From Gemmatimonadota bacterium (GTDB lineage: Bacteria > Gemmatimonadota > Gemmatimonadetes > Longimicrobiales > Gaopeijiaceae): a stretch of 64,000 nucleotides of DNA. Shown here piece after piece: positions 10,229 to 18,854 of the stretch; positions within the stretch are counted from its first letter, which is position 1, and each line of letters opens with the position of its first letter. The notes beneath the pieces are model-generated. The model saw only the letters and a list, made by a program, of their open reading frames with translations, searched no databases and was not told the origin of the DNA. The stretch is from the NCBI GenBank assembly GCA_022827345.1, contig JAJDTB010000015.1, positions 89,237 to 153,236 of the forward strand, given 5' to 3'. The translations under genes were made by a program, and so were the position numbers.

Positions 10229-11641
10229 ATGGGTGCTTCAAAGCGCGTACTCATCATCGACGATCACGACTCGATGCGCGAAGGGCTCGAGTTGCTGATG
10301 CGCCGCCGGGGTCACAGGACCCTCTCGGCCAGCGGCGGGCAGGAAGGCCTGCGCCTGCTGCACGACGAGGGCGCCGATCTGGTCATCACCGACCTCAAGA
10401 TGGCCAGGGTCGACGGGATGAAGGTGCTTGAGGAGGTCCAGGGAACGGCGCCCGATACCGACGTGCTCGTCATCACGGGCTACGGCACGGTAGAGAAGGC
10501 CGTCGAAGCGATGAAGCTCGGCGCCTGCGACTTCGTCCTCAAGCCGTTCTCCTACGAAGAGTTCGCGATCAAGGTCGACCGGGTTCTCCGGGAACGGGAT
10601 GAGCGGTTGCGCCTGCAGCAGGAGAATCTGGCCCTGCGGGTCGAGAACACCTACCTGCGCAGCGAGGGCGACGACGGGCCGGAAGTTCCGTATGGGGAGA
10701 TGGTGGGAGAGTCCGGTGAAATCCGGAAGGTCAAGCGGTTTGTGAACCGGGTGGGGCGCTCCGACTCGACGGTCATGGTGTACGGCGAATCCGGCACCGG
10801 CAAGGAACTCGTCGCGCGGGCGATCCATGCCCGCTCGGCCCGCCACAAGGGCCCGTTCGTGCGGGTCAACTGCGGCGCCCTGCCGGAATCACTGCTCGAC
10901 TCCGAGCTCTTCGGGCACGAGCGCGGCGCCTTCACCGGGGCCGAAAGGAAGCGCCGGGGCCGATTCGAGCTTGCCGACGGCGGTACACTCTTTCTGGACG
11001 AGATCTCGACCATCTCGTCCGCGACCCAGGTGCGCCTGCTGCGTGTGCTCCAGGAAAGGGAGCTCGAGCGTCTGGGCGGCGAGGAGACGATTGCGGTGGA
11101 CGTGCGCATCGTCGCCGCGACCAACACGCCGGCCGAGGAGCTGCTGACCGGGGACAGCTTCCGCGAAGACCTGTATTACCGGCTGCACGTCGTCCCGGTG
11201 GAAGTGCCGCCGCTGAGGGCGCGCAGGAGCGATATCCGGCTGCTGGCGGAGCACTTCGTGGAGAAGCTGCAGGCGCGTACCCGCTCGGATGTGACGTCCA
11301 TCGACCCCGAGGCCCTGAAGCGTCTGGAGGAGTACGACTGGCCCGGCAACGTACGGGAACTCGAGAACGTGATCGAGCGCGCGCTGGTCCTGGCCGAGGG
11401 CGATGTGCTCCTGGAGAGCGACCTGCCGCTCCTGACCAATCTCGGCGGGGCCGGCGGGGTGAAGCTGTCCGGCAACACCCTGGGCGACGGGACGGATCTC
11501 CGCCGCACCATGGACGGCATCGAGGAACGCCTGGTCCGGCAGGCGCTGGCCCGCACGGGAGGCGTCAAGGCGGAGGCCGCGCGGCTTCTCGGGATCAAGA
11601 AGGGCACCCTGCAGTACAAGATCGACAAGTACGGGATATAG
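10229..11641 (+). CDS. sigma-54-dependent response regulator (NtrC family: REC, AAA+ and Fis-type HTH)
   Basis: The REC domain has LVITDLKMARVDG. The AAA+ domain has GESGTGKELVARAIH, GAFTGA, and TLFLDEIS. The C-terminal HTH is AARLLGIKKGTLQYKIDKYGI. Confidence 0.93.
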   Translation: MGASKRVLIIDDHDSMREGLELLMRRRGHRTLSASGGQEGLRLLHDEGADLVITDLKMARVDGMKVLEEVQGTAPDTDVLVITGYGTVEKAVEAMKLGACDFVLKPFSYEEFAIKVDRVLRERDERLRLQQENLALRVENTYLRSEGDDGPEVPYGEMVGESGEIRKVKRFVNRVGRSDSTVMVYGESGTGKELVARAIHARSARHKGPFVRVNCGALPESLLDSELFGHERGAFTGAERKRRGRFELADGGTLFLDEISTISSATQVRLLRVLQERELERLGGEETIAVDVRIVAATNTPAEELLTGDSFREDLYYRLHVVPVEVPPLRARRSDIRLLAEHFVEKLQARTRSDVTSIDPEALKRLEEYDWPGNVRELENVIERALVLAEGDVLLESDLPLLTNLGGAGGVKLSGNTLGDGTDLRRTMDGIEERLVRQALARTGGVKAEAARLLGIKKGTLQYKIDKYGI

Positions 11642-11645
11642 GACG

Positions 11646-12539
11646 ATGAGATCCCCGCTCCTGCTGGCTGCGACCGCTCTGGCTGCGACCGTCGCGCCGC
11701 TCCGTCTGGCAGCCCAGGAGAACGCTCTGGAGGTGGTCGAGAATTGGAACCAGGTCTATGACGCCGCGTATCACAACTACCAGAGCAAGGAGGGGGCGTT
11801 TCGAATCGTGGATGCCGAGTGGGTCAGGTTGAACGATGAACTGGAGCAGATTCGGCGAACCAACCCACGCCGCACGAGGCTCCTTCTGCCCGAAATCCAG
11901 CAGCTTTCCGAGCAAAGAACGGTTGCGACCAGCGAAGTCAGGGCCGCGCGGAGGCAGTGGCACGATTCCGGTGACGCCCTGATCAGCGCATTGGATGGCT
12001 ACCTGGACCTGTTGAACCTGCAGATGCAGGGTACGCCCATCGGCGACGCCTTCAATGATCTGCTTGCGGAATTCAATCGATGGAGCCAGCGGCTCGAAGA
12101 GGTCGAGTCACAGCTGGGCCCGCGCCTGTCGCTGGAGCTGAGGCCCATGCCGGACGTTCGCGCTCTCGACACGGATACCCCGGTTCAATTGAGGAACAAG
12201 GCGCGCCTGTTGGAGGAGGAGGCCAGGAGGGTCAACAACTCACTGGTGGATGTGGAAGAGGAGATCGATGCCCTCAGGAGGCGGCAGGAACGTGAGCGGA
12301 GCAGCGCGGACCTGCAGGCCCGGTACGACCGCTTCGATGATATCGTCCCTCCGGTCGGCGACCCGGAAGTCGACCCCCCGGAGGTCGTGCCCGACTCCAC
12401 GGGGACAGGCCTGGCGCAGACACCCGCGCAACGGCTCGAGCGGCTGGAGACGTTCAGGGACGAAGTCGAAGCCCGCCGCGATCAGCTGCTGGAGCAGGCC
12501 CGGGAGTTTCGGGACGAGGCAGAAAGGAGGGGCCGATGA
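11646..12539 (+). CDS. secreted coiled-coil protein, function unknown
   Basis: Signal-peptide-like MRSPLLLAATALAATVAPLRLAAQ followed by E/R/L-rich heptad-like sequence. Starts 5 nt after the response regulator stop. Confidence 0.6.
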   Translation: MRSPLLLAATALAATVAPLRLAAQENALEVVENWNQVYDAAYHNYQSKEGAFRIVDAEWVRLNDELEQIRRTNPRRTRLLLPEIQQLSEQRTVATSEVRAARRQWHDSGDALISALDGYLDLLNLQMQGTPIGDAFNDLLAEFNRWSQRLEEVESQLGPRLSLELRPMPDVRALDTDTPVQLRNKARLLEEEARRVNNSLVDVEEEIDALRRRQERERSSADLQARYDRFDDIVPPVGDPEVDPPEVVPDSTGTGLAQTPAQRLERLETFRDEVEARRDQLLEQAREFRDEAERRGR

Positions 12540-13669
12540 AGCGATTGAGCCTGACGGCGATCGCAGTCCTTGCGCTGGTGCTGCGTAGTGGAACGGCTGC
12601 GGCCCAGGTCCGTCTTGACGATGTCTCCTTCAACATGGGCGTGGCCAGCCAGTTGTACCACGGCGATTTCTCGGCCGTCACCGTGCCGCAGATCGATTCC
12701 ACCGAACGCGCGCTGGCGGGAGCCGGCGACATGGGAGCCAGGGGCACACTCACCCTCCTGGCCCAGGCCCGACAGTCCCTGCGCCTCGACTTCGACGCCG
12801 GGATGAGACAGTTCGTGACCAACGGCTTTCAGTTGCGGAACTATGCCCCGCGAGAACTCTCGGGGAGCCTGCGGAGCACCTATACCCGGCGCTACCGCGG
12901 GGGAACGCTGCGCGTCGTTCCCACCGTTGAATCGAGGTACATTGCGGATCGACCGCCAATGCCGCTCTACCTTCCTCCGGGATACAACTCGGCGGCCGTG
13001 GACGCCAACTACTCGCGAGCAGTTTCACCGGGCCTCGCCGTCTTTGGCCGGGTTGTCGGGGAACTGAAGGACTACGCCGCCCCGAGGGTGCTTCCGGCAC
13101 TGGACCTTCTGGATCGACGCACAATCACCCCGTCAACCGGAGTCACACTGCTGTTCCGCGGCCCCTCGGAGACCCTCGACCGGACAACGGTCACCTTCTT
13201 CGCTGCCTATCAGTACCACAGTTACCCGAAGCAGGGAGGGCTGGGCCTGCCACGGACGGACGACGGACTCCAGGCCGGGAGCGAATTCACCCTGGATCGC
13301 CGGGAGGCGCACGGGTTCGTGTTGACGCTTTCAGGCAACGCTACGCGAAATCGCTCCAGTTCCCGCCGTGTGGAGTACAACGCCGGCAGGATCCGTGCTA
13401 CGGCGGCTGTCGAACTGGGTGACGACACCCAGCTGGACATCGCCGGGCTTTGGGCCGTCAAGCGATACATCCATCCGCAGGAGGCCCTGGTTCCGGGCGA
13501 GGAAGCCGACAACGCGGCCAGCGTGAACGCTGAGATCACCCGCTTTCTGGGTGACGGCGTGCGCGCGGGCATCGGCGGCGGATGGATCAGGGCCGAGACG
13601 AATTTCAGCGGCGACTATTACGAGCGCTTCTCGGTGTCGTTCAGCCTGACGGTTAATCCGAGGTTCTAG
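12536..13669 (+). CDS. putative outer-membrane beta-barrel protein
   Basis: Signal peptide MKRLSLTAIAVLALVLRSGTAAAQ, alternating aromatic/hydrophilic pattern, and a C-terminal ...LTVNPRF ending in Phe. Overlaps the upstream gene by 4 nt. Confidence 0.55.
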   Translation: MKRLSLTAIAVLALVLRSGTAAAQVRLDDVSFNMGVASQLYHGDFSAVTVPQIDSTERALAGAGDMGARGTLTLLAQARQSLRLDFDAGMRQFVTNGFQLRNYAPRELSGSLRSTYTRRYRGGTLRVVPTVESRYIADRPPMPLYLPPGYNSAAVDANYSRAVSPGLAVFGRVVGELKDYAAPRVLPALDLLDRRTITPSTGVTLLFRGPSETLDRTTVTFFAAYQYHSYPKQGGLGLPRTDDGLQAGSEFTLDRREAHGFVLTLSGNATRNRSSSRRVEYNAGRIRATAAVELGDDTQLDIAGLWAVKRYIHPQEALVPGEEADNAASVNAEITRFLGDGVRAGIGGGWIRAETNFSGDYYERFSVSFSLTVNPRF

Positions 13670-13719
13670 TGTCCCGAGCGGGTTCAGGGGCCGACCGCGA
13701 CCCGCCCTGGGCAGCTGGC

Positions 13720-14466
13720 CTACAGTGAACCGCCGGTTTTCAGGAACACACCCAGTTCGGTCGGCAGTCCCGCGGCGACGATGGCCTCCGCGGCTCGGGC
13801 TACGTCGTAGGTGACTCTGGGAAAGCCGATGTCCAGACCTTCGGGCCCCACCTCGAGGAGCGCATAGGATCCCCTCGGGTCGCCGTCCTTCGGGCGGCCG
13901 ACCGATCCGGTATTGATCAGCACGCGGCCGTCCACGGTGCGGGTCCAGGGCTTGTGCGTGTGCCCGAAGAGGATGGCGTCCCCGTCCCGGGCCCCGAGGC
14001 GCGCGATCATCTTCCGGCAGAAGCGGTCGTTTCGGTCCTCGCGCCAGTAGACGGTGTTCAGGGTGGCCGCGCCGTGGACCAGGATCACCGCCGGGCCGGC
14101 CGCGTGGCCTCCCAGGGGGCGGAGGTCGAGGCGGAAGGGCAGGCTCGCCAGGAAGCGGCGGTTGGAGGGCGTCACCTGAGCGGAGGTCCACCTGTAGCTC
14201 GCAGCGGACAGGACCTTGTGGCGGGGGTCGTCGTGCTGGCAGCCGCAGGTGTCGTGGCCGAGGGCGACGGTCGTGTCGTAGTTGCCGGCGATCCCGGCGA
14301 TGCCCTCGGCGCGGATGCGTTCGATGACCTCGTTGGGCCACGGTCCGTACCCCACCAGGTCGCCCAGGTGGTAGGTGGCGTCGATGTGCCGGGTGGCGAT
14401 GTCGGTGAGCACGGCGTCCAGGGCAGGGAGGTTGCCGTGGATGTCCGAGATGAAGGCCAGCCGCAT
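13720..14466 (-). CDS. metallophosphoesterase (YfcE/MJ0936-like phosphodiesterase)
   Basis: Start moved to MRLAFISDIHGNLPAL. Other motifs are GDLVGYG, GNYD, and GHTHKPW. Confidence 0.85.
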   Translation of the reverse strand: MRLAFISDIHGNLPALDAVLTDIATRHIDATYHLGDLVGYGPWPNEVIERIRAEGIAGIAGNYDTTVALGHDTCGCQHDDPRHKVLSAASYRWTSAQVTPSNRRFLASLPFRLDLRPLGGHAAGPAVILVHGAATLNTVYWREDRNDRFCRKMIARLGARDGDAILFGHTHKPWTRTVDGRVLINTGSVGRPKDGDPRGSYALLEVGPEGLDIGFPRVTYDVARAAEAIVAAGLPTELGVFLKTGGSL

Positions 14467-14480
14467 GGTCCTCTCGCCTG

Positions 14481-15713
14481 CTACCGCGCGGTGCTCGCGG
14501 CCGACAACGCCGAAAGGACGTAGTCGATTCCGGCTTCGGTGTGGTCGGCGTTGATCTGGAACCGGATCGATTCGTCGCCGCGCGGCACGACCGGGTAGGC
14601 GAGCCCGGTGGCCAGGACGCCCGCGTCGAAGAGGGCGGCCACCAGCCTGCGCGTCTCGGCCGTGTCGCGCACCATGATCGGGACGATGGGGTGGTCGCCC
14701 GGGATGATCTCGAAGCCGCGATCGAGCAGTCCCGCCTCGAACCGCTTCGTCAGGTTGCGCAGTCGCCGCAGGCGGGCCGCGCCACCGGGGCCGGTCAGGA
14801 TCTCCAGCGACTTCATGGCCGCCGCCGCCTCTCCCGCCGTGATCGGGTTGGAGTAGATGTACAGCGGCGACGACTCGCGCAGGAACCGGATCACCGGCGA
14901 ATTCGACACCACGTACCCGCCATTCACACCGAAGGCCTTCCCGAGCGTCCCCACCAGGATGTCGCACGGCGCGCTCTCCGTGTACTCTTCGGTGCCCCTG
15001 CCGGTGGGCCCGAACGCCCCGACCCCGTGGGAGTCGTCCACCAGGACCACGACGTTCTCCGGGTAGGCGTCGTCGTGGCGCTGGGCGATCTCCATGATCT
15101 CGTCGACCGGCGCGTGGTCCCCGCGCATCGAGAAGATGCCGTCGGTCACCACGATCGCCCGCCGGGCCTTCCCCTTGCCGACCTCGAGCTCACGGTCGAG
15201 GGCGTCCATGTCGAGGTGCGGGTAGATCGCCTTGCCCGCCGGCCGCGACATGCGGATCGCGTTGATGATGCAGTTGTGGTTGAGCTCGTCGGAGAGGACG
15301 AAGGTGGTCTTGTCGGTCAGCGACACCAGCGCGCTGACGACCGCCGCGTACGCCGACGAGAAGATCATCCCCTCCTCGCGCCCGTGGAACGCAGCCAGAG
15401 CGCGCTCCAGCGCCGTGTGCTGCGAGTGGGTGCCCGCGATGAACCGCACCGCGCCCGGCCCCGCGCCCATGGCCCGCGCGGTGACCTCCTCGGCCTCGAT
15501 CACCTCGGGATGAAGGCTGAGCCCCAGGTACGAGTTGGCGTTCATGCGGATGAAGGGCTTGTCCCCCTGTCCTTCCAGGAGAAAGCGGGGACCCTGTCCA
15601 CCCTGAGGCGGAATCACCTCGCGGACAACCACTTCGGCACCCTTGGCGGTGCCCTGCTGCTCGAGTCCGGCCACCAGTCCTTCGACCACGGTGACCAGGC
15701 GGTCCATCGGCAT
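14481..15713 (-). CDS. kbl: glycine C-acetyltransferase (2-amino-3-ketobutyrate CoA ligase)
   Basis: Alpha-oxoamine synthase family: SDELNHNCIINAIRMS, VDDSHGVGAFGPTGRG, and the PLP-lysine context GTLGKAFG. Sits directly downstream of a short-chain-type threonine dehydrogenase. Confidence 0.8.
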   Translation of the reverse strand: MPMDRLVTVVEGLVAGLEQQGTAKGAEVVVREVIPPQGGQGPRFLLEGQGDKPFIRMNANSYLGLSLHPEVIEAEEVTARAMGAGPGAVRFIAGTHSQHTALERALAAFHGREEGMIFSSAYAAVVSALVSLTDKTTFVLSDELNHNCIINAIRMSRPAGKAIYPHLDMDALDRELEVGKGKARRAIVVTDGIFSMRGDHAPVDEIMEIAQRHDDAYPENVVVLVDDSHGVGAFGPTGRGTEEYTESAPCDILVGTLGKAFGVNGGYVVSNSPVIRFLRESSPLYIYSNPITAGEAAAAMKSLEILTGPGGAARLRRLRNLTKRFEAGLLDRGFEIIPGDHPIVPIMVRDTAETRRLVAALFDAGVLATGLAYPVVPRGDESIRFQINADHTEAGIDYVLSALSAASTAR

Positions 15714-15721
15714 AGTCGGCG

Positions 15722-16693
15722 CTACCTTCCGGCGGAACCCGCGCCAGCGCGGGCCGTTTGTGCGTTCAGCCCCCGGAACATGTCCGCCACCATGTCCGGA
15801 AGTTCGTAGTGATGTCGCCAGCCCCACTGCTCCCGCGCCTCCGAGTCGTCGAGCCGCCTGGGCCACGAGTCGGCGATCGATTGGCGCAGCGGATCGGGAT
15901 CGTAGTCGATCCTGAAACCGGGGATGTGCGCCCGGATGGCCTCGGCCAGCTCGGCCGGCGTGAACTGCATTGCGGTGATGTTGAAGGCGTTCCGGTAGGT
16001 CAGTCGGTCCGGAGGCGCCTCCATGAGCTCGACTACGGCGCGGATCGCGTCGGGCATGTACATCATGTCCATGCGCGTGTCGGCCCTGAGGAAGCACGTA
16101 TAGCGACCGTCGCGAAGGGCGGCGTGGAAGATCTCGACCGCGTAGTCGGTGGTGCCGCCGCCTGGGGGAGCGGCGTAGGAGATCAGCCCGGGGAAGCGCA
16201 GTCCCCGCACGTCTACCCCGAAGCGGCTGTGGTAGTAGTCGCAGAGCAGCTCGCCGGCCACCTTCGTAACCCCGTACATGGTCGTGGGGCGCTGGACGGT
16301 GGACTGCGGCGCCGGATCGCGCGGCGTCTCGGGGCCGAACGCGGCGATCGAGCTGGGCACGAACACGCGGCACCCGGCCTCGGCGGCCACCTGCAGGACG
16401 CTCACGAGGCCGTTCATGTTGAGCTTCCAGGCCGCGAGGGGGTTGGCTTCGGCGGTGGCCGAGAGAACCGCGGCCAGATGCAGAACGGCATCGGCGCGGA
16501 AGCCCGCCACCGTATCCCGCACGGCATCCAGGTCGAGGCAGTCGAGCTGGGCGGCCTGGCTGCGCGTGGCCCACTCCACCGGATCGCGGATGTCGGTGGC
16601 GAGGATTGCACCGTGGCCGTAGCGGGACTGCAGGGTGGAGGCGAGTTCCGTCCCGAGCTGCCCCGCGGCACCGGTAATGAGGATGCGCTTCAT
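15722..16693 (-). CDS. tdh: L-threonine 3-dehydrogenase, NAD-dependent epimerase/SDR type
   Basis: Start at MKRILITGAAGQLG. YGVTKVAGELL provides the catalytic YxxxK. Pairing with kbl supports the call. Confidence 0.75.
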   Translation of the reverse strand: MKRILITGAAGQLGTELASTLQSRYGHGAILATDIRDPVEWATRSQAAQLDCLDLDAVRDTVAGFRADAVLHLAAVLSATAEANPLAAWKLNMNGLVSVLQVAAEAGCRVFVPSSIAAFGPETPRDPAPQSTVQRPTTMYGVTKVAGELLCDYYHSRFGVDVRGLRFPGLISYAAPPGGGTTDYAVEIFHAALRDGRYTCFLRADTRMDMMYMPDAIRAVVELMEAPPDRLTYRNAFNITAMQFTPAELAEAIRAHIPGFRIDYDPDPLRQSIADSWPRRLDDSEAREQWGWRHHYELPDMVADMFRGLNAQTARAGAGSAGR

Positions 16694-16774
16694 TTGGCGT
16701 CCCGGAGGGAACCCTTCGTGGCATCCGGCCGGCGATGCGTCCCCGCCCGGCCGGCTGCGACTGCCACTGCTCAT

Positions 16775-16813
16775 TGTAAAGAGTACATTACATATTGTCA
16801 TGTTGTCTTTACA
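16775..16813. promoter_or_regulatory. AT-rich 39-bp palindrome, copy A, overlapping a promoter-like element facing tdh
   Basis: Sequence is TGTAAAGAGTACATTACATATTGTCATGTTGTCTTTACA. Outer arms TGTAAAGA and TCTTTACA are perfect inverted repeats. On the minus strand, ATGACA (16796-16801), a 17-nt spacer and TACAAT (16773-16778) form a near-consensus sigma-70 promoter about 80 nt upstream of tdh. Confidence 0.6.
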
Positions 16814-16947
16814 TACCTCGCACGGGTGGAAAACCACGGCTAGCGGTCGCAGGCAGGAAACAAGATGCCCGGAAACGGGCCGGGGGCAAGGTGCGGCCGC
16901 GCACCACCCGTCCGAACCGCCCGGGTCCTGCCGTCAGCCGCTACCCG

Positions 16948-17436
16948 TCAGCGCGTGCGGTCGCGGTCGCGCGATCCTCCCCTGCGCCGGAAGCGCTCCC
17001 GGTCCTCACGCAGGAATCGACGATAGGCGTCTCGCTGCTCCGGGGTCAGGATGCGCTCGATCTCGGCGTTGATGGAGTCCATCTGACTGCGCAGCCTGGG
17101 AAGCACCTCGTTCATGGCTTCCTGGGAGGCGATGCGCCGCCGCTCGAACGCTTCCTCGATCTGGGTGCGCTGCTCGTCGCTGAGCTCGAGGACGCGGGCC
17201 ATGCGGTCCGTCACGCGGGTGCGCGCCAGTTCCATGAACGGCGATCCTCCGCGCGGCACGTCCCCGGGCCGGGCCGACGGACGGGACGGGCGCTCCCCCT
17301 GCCAGACGGCCCGCCGCTCCCAATTCCCGCCGGGCCCGCCCCGGTGGTCCACGACGCGGAGCACCGCCAGGGTGGTTGCGGCTCCCGCGAAGAACACGGC
17401 GGCGAGCAGGGCGATGGCGGACGACTTGCGACTCAT
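16948..17436 (-). CDS. periplasmic Spy/CpxP-family (LTxxQ-motif) protein
   Basis: Signal peptide MSRKSSAIALLAAVFFAGAATTLA. The LSDEQRTQIEEAF and LTPEQRDAYRRF motifs are present. The start shares an ATGA overlap with the upstream gene. Confidence 0.7.
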   Translation of the reverse strand: MSRKSSAIALLAAVFFAGAATTLAVLRVVDHRGGPGGNWERRAVWQGERPSRPSARPGDVPRGGSPFMELARTRVTDRMARVLELSDEQRTQIEEAFERRRIASQEAMNEVLPRLRSQMDSINAEIERILTPEQRDAYRRFLREDRERFRRRGGSRDRDRTR

Positions 17437-17906
17437 GGTGCGTACTCCTCCTCCGCGGCGATGACCAGCTCTTCGACGGTGGGCGCGTAGCTCCCGTCCA
17501 CCCACCCGGCGACGGACCAGGGCATCATCGCCTCGGCGAACATCGTCTCGACGGGGGTGGCCTCCTCGGCGGGAAGCAGCAGCAGGACCGCGACCGCGGC
17601 GGCAGCAAGGCCGGCGACGCCGCTGAGCACCGGCCTGCGCCAGCCCGCGAGGGTCCCGGCGAGGCTCCGATACCGCCGGGCCTCCAGTACGGGTTCGGCA
17701 CGCTCGTTGATCCGGGCCACCAACGCTTCCCAGCGCCCGGGACTGATCACCGGGTCGAGCGCGAACACGTCGCGCTGGGTATGTGGGCGGTCACCCTCGG
17801 CCTGTGGGCGGTCGCGCTCGGCCTTCGGGCGATCACGCCCGGCGCGCGCGCGCGGTCTCTCTCCGCTGTGGTCCTGGCCGTCCCGGCCGTTTGGCAGATC
17901 TGTCAT
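17433..17906 (-). CDS. putative anti-sigma factor (single-pass membrane protein)
   Basis: Lies directly after the ECF sigma gene. Has one TM segment (VLSGVAGLAAAAVAVLLLL) and an R/D/P-rich repeat (RDRPKAERDRPQAEGDRP). I saw no zinc-binding anti-sigma motif. Confidence 0.5.
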   Translation of the reverse strand: MTDLPNGRDGQDHSGERPRARAGRDRPKAERDRPQAEGDRPHTQRDVFALDPVISPGRWEALVARINERAEPVLEARRYRSLAGTLAGWRRPVLSGVAGLAAAAVAVLLLLPAEEATPVETMFAEAMMPWSVAGWVDGSYAPTVEELVIAAEEEYAP

Positions 17907-17908
17907 TC

Positions 17909-18469
17909 TCAAAGGCTCCCAAGAGCAAGGGTGCTCGAAAGGCGTTTTCGCATCGCCTTTCTGGCGACATGAAGGTGAACGCGCGACGAACCGGCCGAAA
18001 TCCCGAGTTCTCGGGCGATTTCGCCGTGTTTCCACCCCTCGAGATCGTACAGAACGAGCACTCTCCTCTGCAGATCGGTGAGGTGTTCCATCGCGTCGCT
18101 GAGGCGGCTGCGCAGTTCGGCGTTCCGCGCGTCGGCGAAGGGATCGTCACGCGACGCGGCGGAGAAGGCCGTCTCGATGGGGGTCGTCGCTCTCACGCGC
18201 TGGTAATCCCTGTGATTGTGGGCGGTGTTGCGGACAATCGTCAGCAGCCAGGCGCGGAACCCGTCCGGGTTGCGGCAGTCGTCGATTCGCTCCAGCGCCT
18301 TGATGAAGGCATCCTGGCACACGTCGTCGGCATCGCCGGGGATGTCGAGTCTGGCGCGCGCCACGGCGTGCGCCGCCCGGAGGTGCCGCCGGACGAGCTG
18401 GTCGAATGCACGGCTGTCGCCCCGCCGCACGCGTGCGACGAGGATCGCGTCGGTTTCGCCGTTGTCCAT
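17909..18469 (-). CDS. ECF-type RNA polymerase sigma factor
   Basis: Region 2 is AFDQLVRRHLRAAHAVARARL...DADDVCQDAFIKAL. Region 4 is LQRRVLVLYDLEGWKHGEIARELGISAGSSRVHLHVARKAMRKRL. Confidence 0.9.
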   Translation of the reverse strand: MDNGETDAILVARVRRGDSRAFDQLVRRHLRAAHAVARARLDIPGDADDVCQDAFIKALERIDDCRNPDGFRAWLLTIVRNTAHNHRDYQRVRATTPIETAFSAASRDDPFADARNAELRSRLSDAMEHLTDLQRRVLVLYDLEGWKHGEIARELGISAGSSRVHLHVARKAMRKRLSSTLALGSL

Positions 18470-18500
18470 ATGCGAAGAGACAGCCGAAGGAACGGTTGTG

Positions 18501-18854
18501 TTACCCGGCGGGCTGCTCCTGGTCGGTGTCGGCCCCGGTGGACTTGGGCGTCCAGCGCCCCAAATCCCGGGCTTCGTACTTGTCCATCACGCGGGCAAAG
18601 GCGCGCTCCAGATCGATCCCCTGCTGATTGGCCAGCGAGACGACGACGAACAGGACATCGGCAATCTCCAGCTCCAGCTCCGCGGGCGCCTCGTCGTCAC
18701 GCTTGGGCTTGGAGCCGAAACGGTGGTTGACCTCGCGCGACAGCTCGCCGACCTCCTCCATCAACCGCGCCAGGATCGCCAGCGGGGGCCAGTAGCCCTC
18801 CTCGAAGCGGCTGATCCATTGATCGACACGCGCCTGCGCGTCCCGGATCCTCAC
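18501..18854 (-). CDS. MazG-like nucleotide pyrophosphohydrolase
   Basis: LMEEVGELSREV...ELEIADVLFVVVSLANQQGIDLERAF carries the EExxE and DxxxD-type MazG motifs. The GTG start shares a GTGA overlap with the upstream stop. Confidence 0.75.
   Translation of the reverse strand: MRIRDAQARVDQWISRFEEGYWPPLAILARLMEEVGELSREVNHRFGSKPKRDDEAPAELELEIADVLFVVVSLANQQGIDLERAFARVMDKYEARDLGRWTPKSTGADTDQEQPAG

Noticed and set aside
11958-11963. TGGCAC hits as sigma-54 -24 elements (also at 37290-37295)
   Set aside because: Both lie inside coding sequence and lack a TTGC-type -12 element at the right spacing.
18505-18535. ECF-type promoter (GTAAC-N17-TGTCT on the minus strand) upstream of the first ECF sigma gene
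   Set aside because: The match to the GGAAC/CGTC-type consensus is loose, and the -35 would lie inside the MazG-like gene. This is not enough to call.
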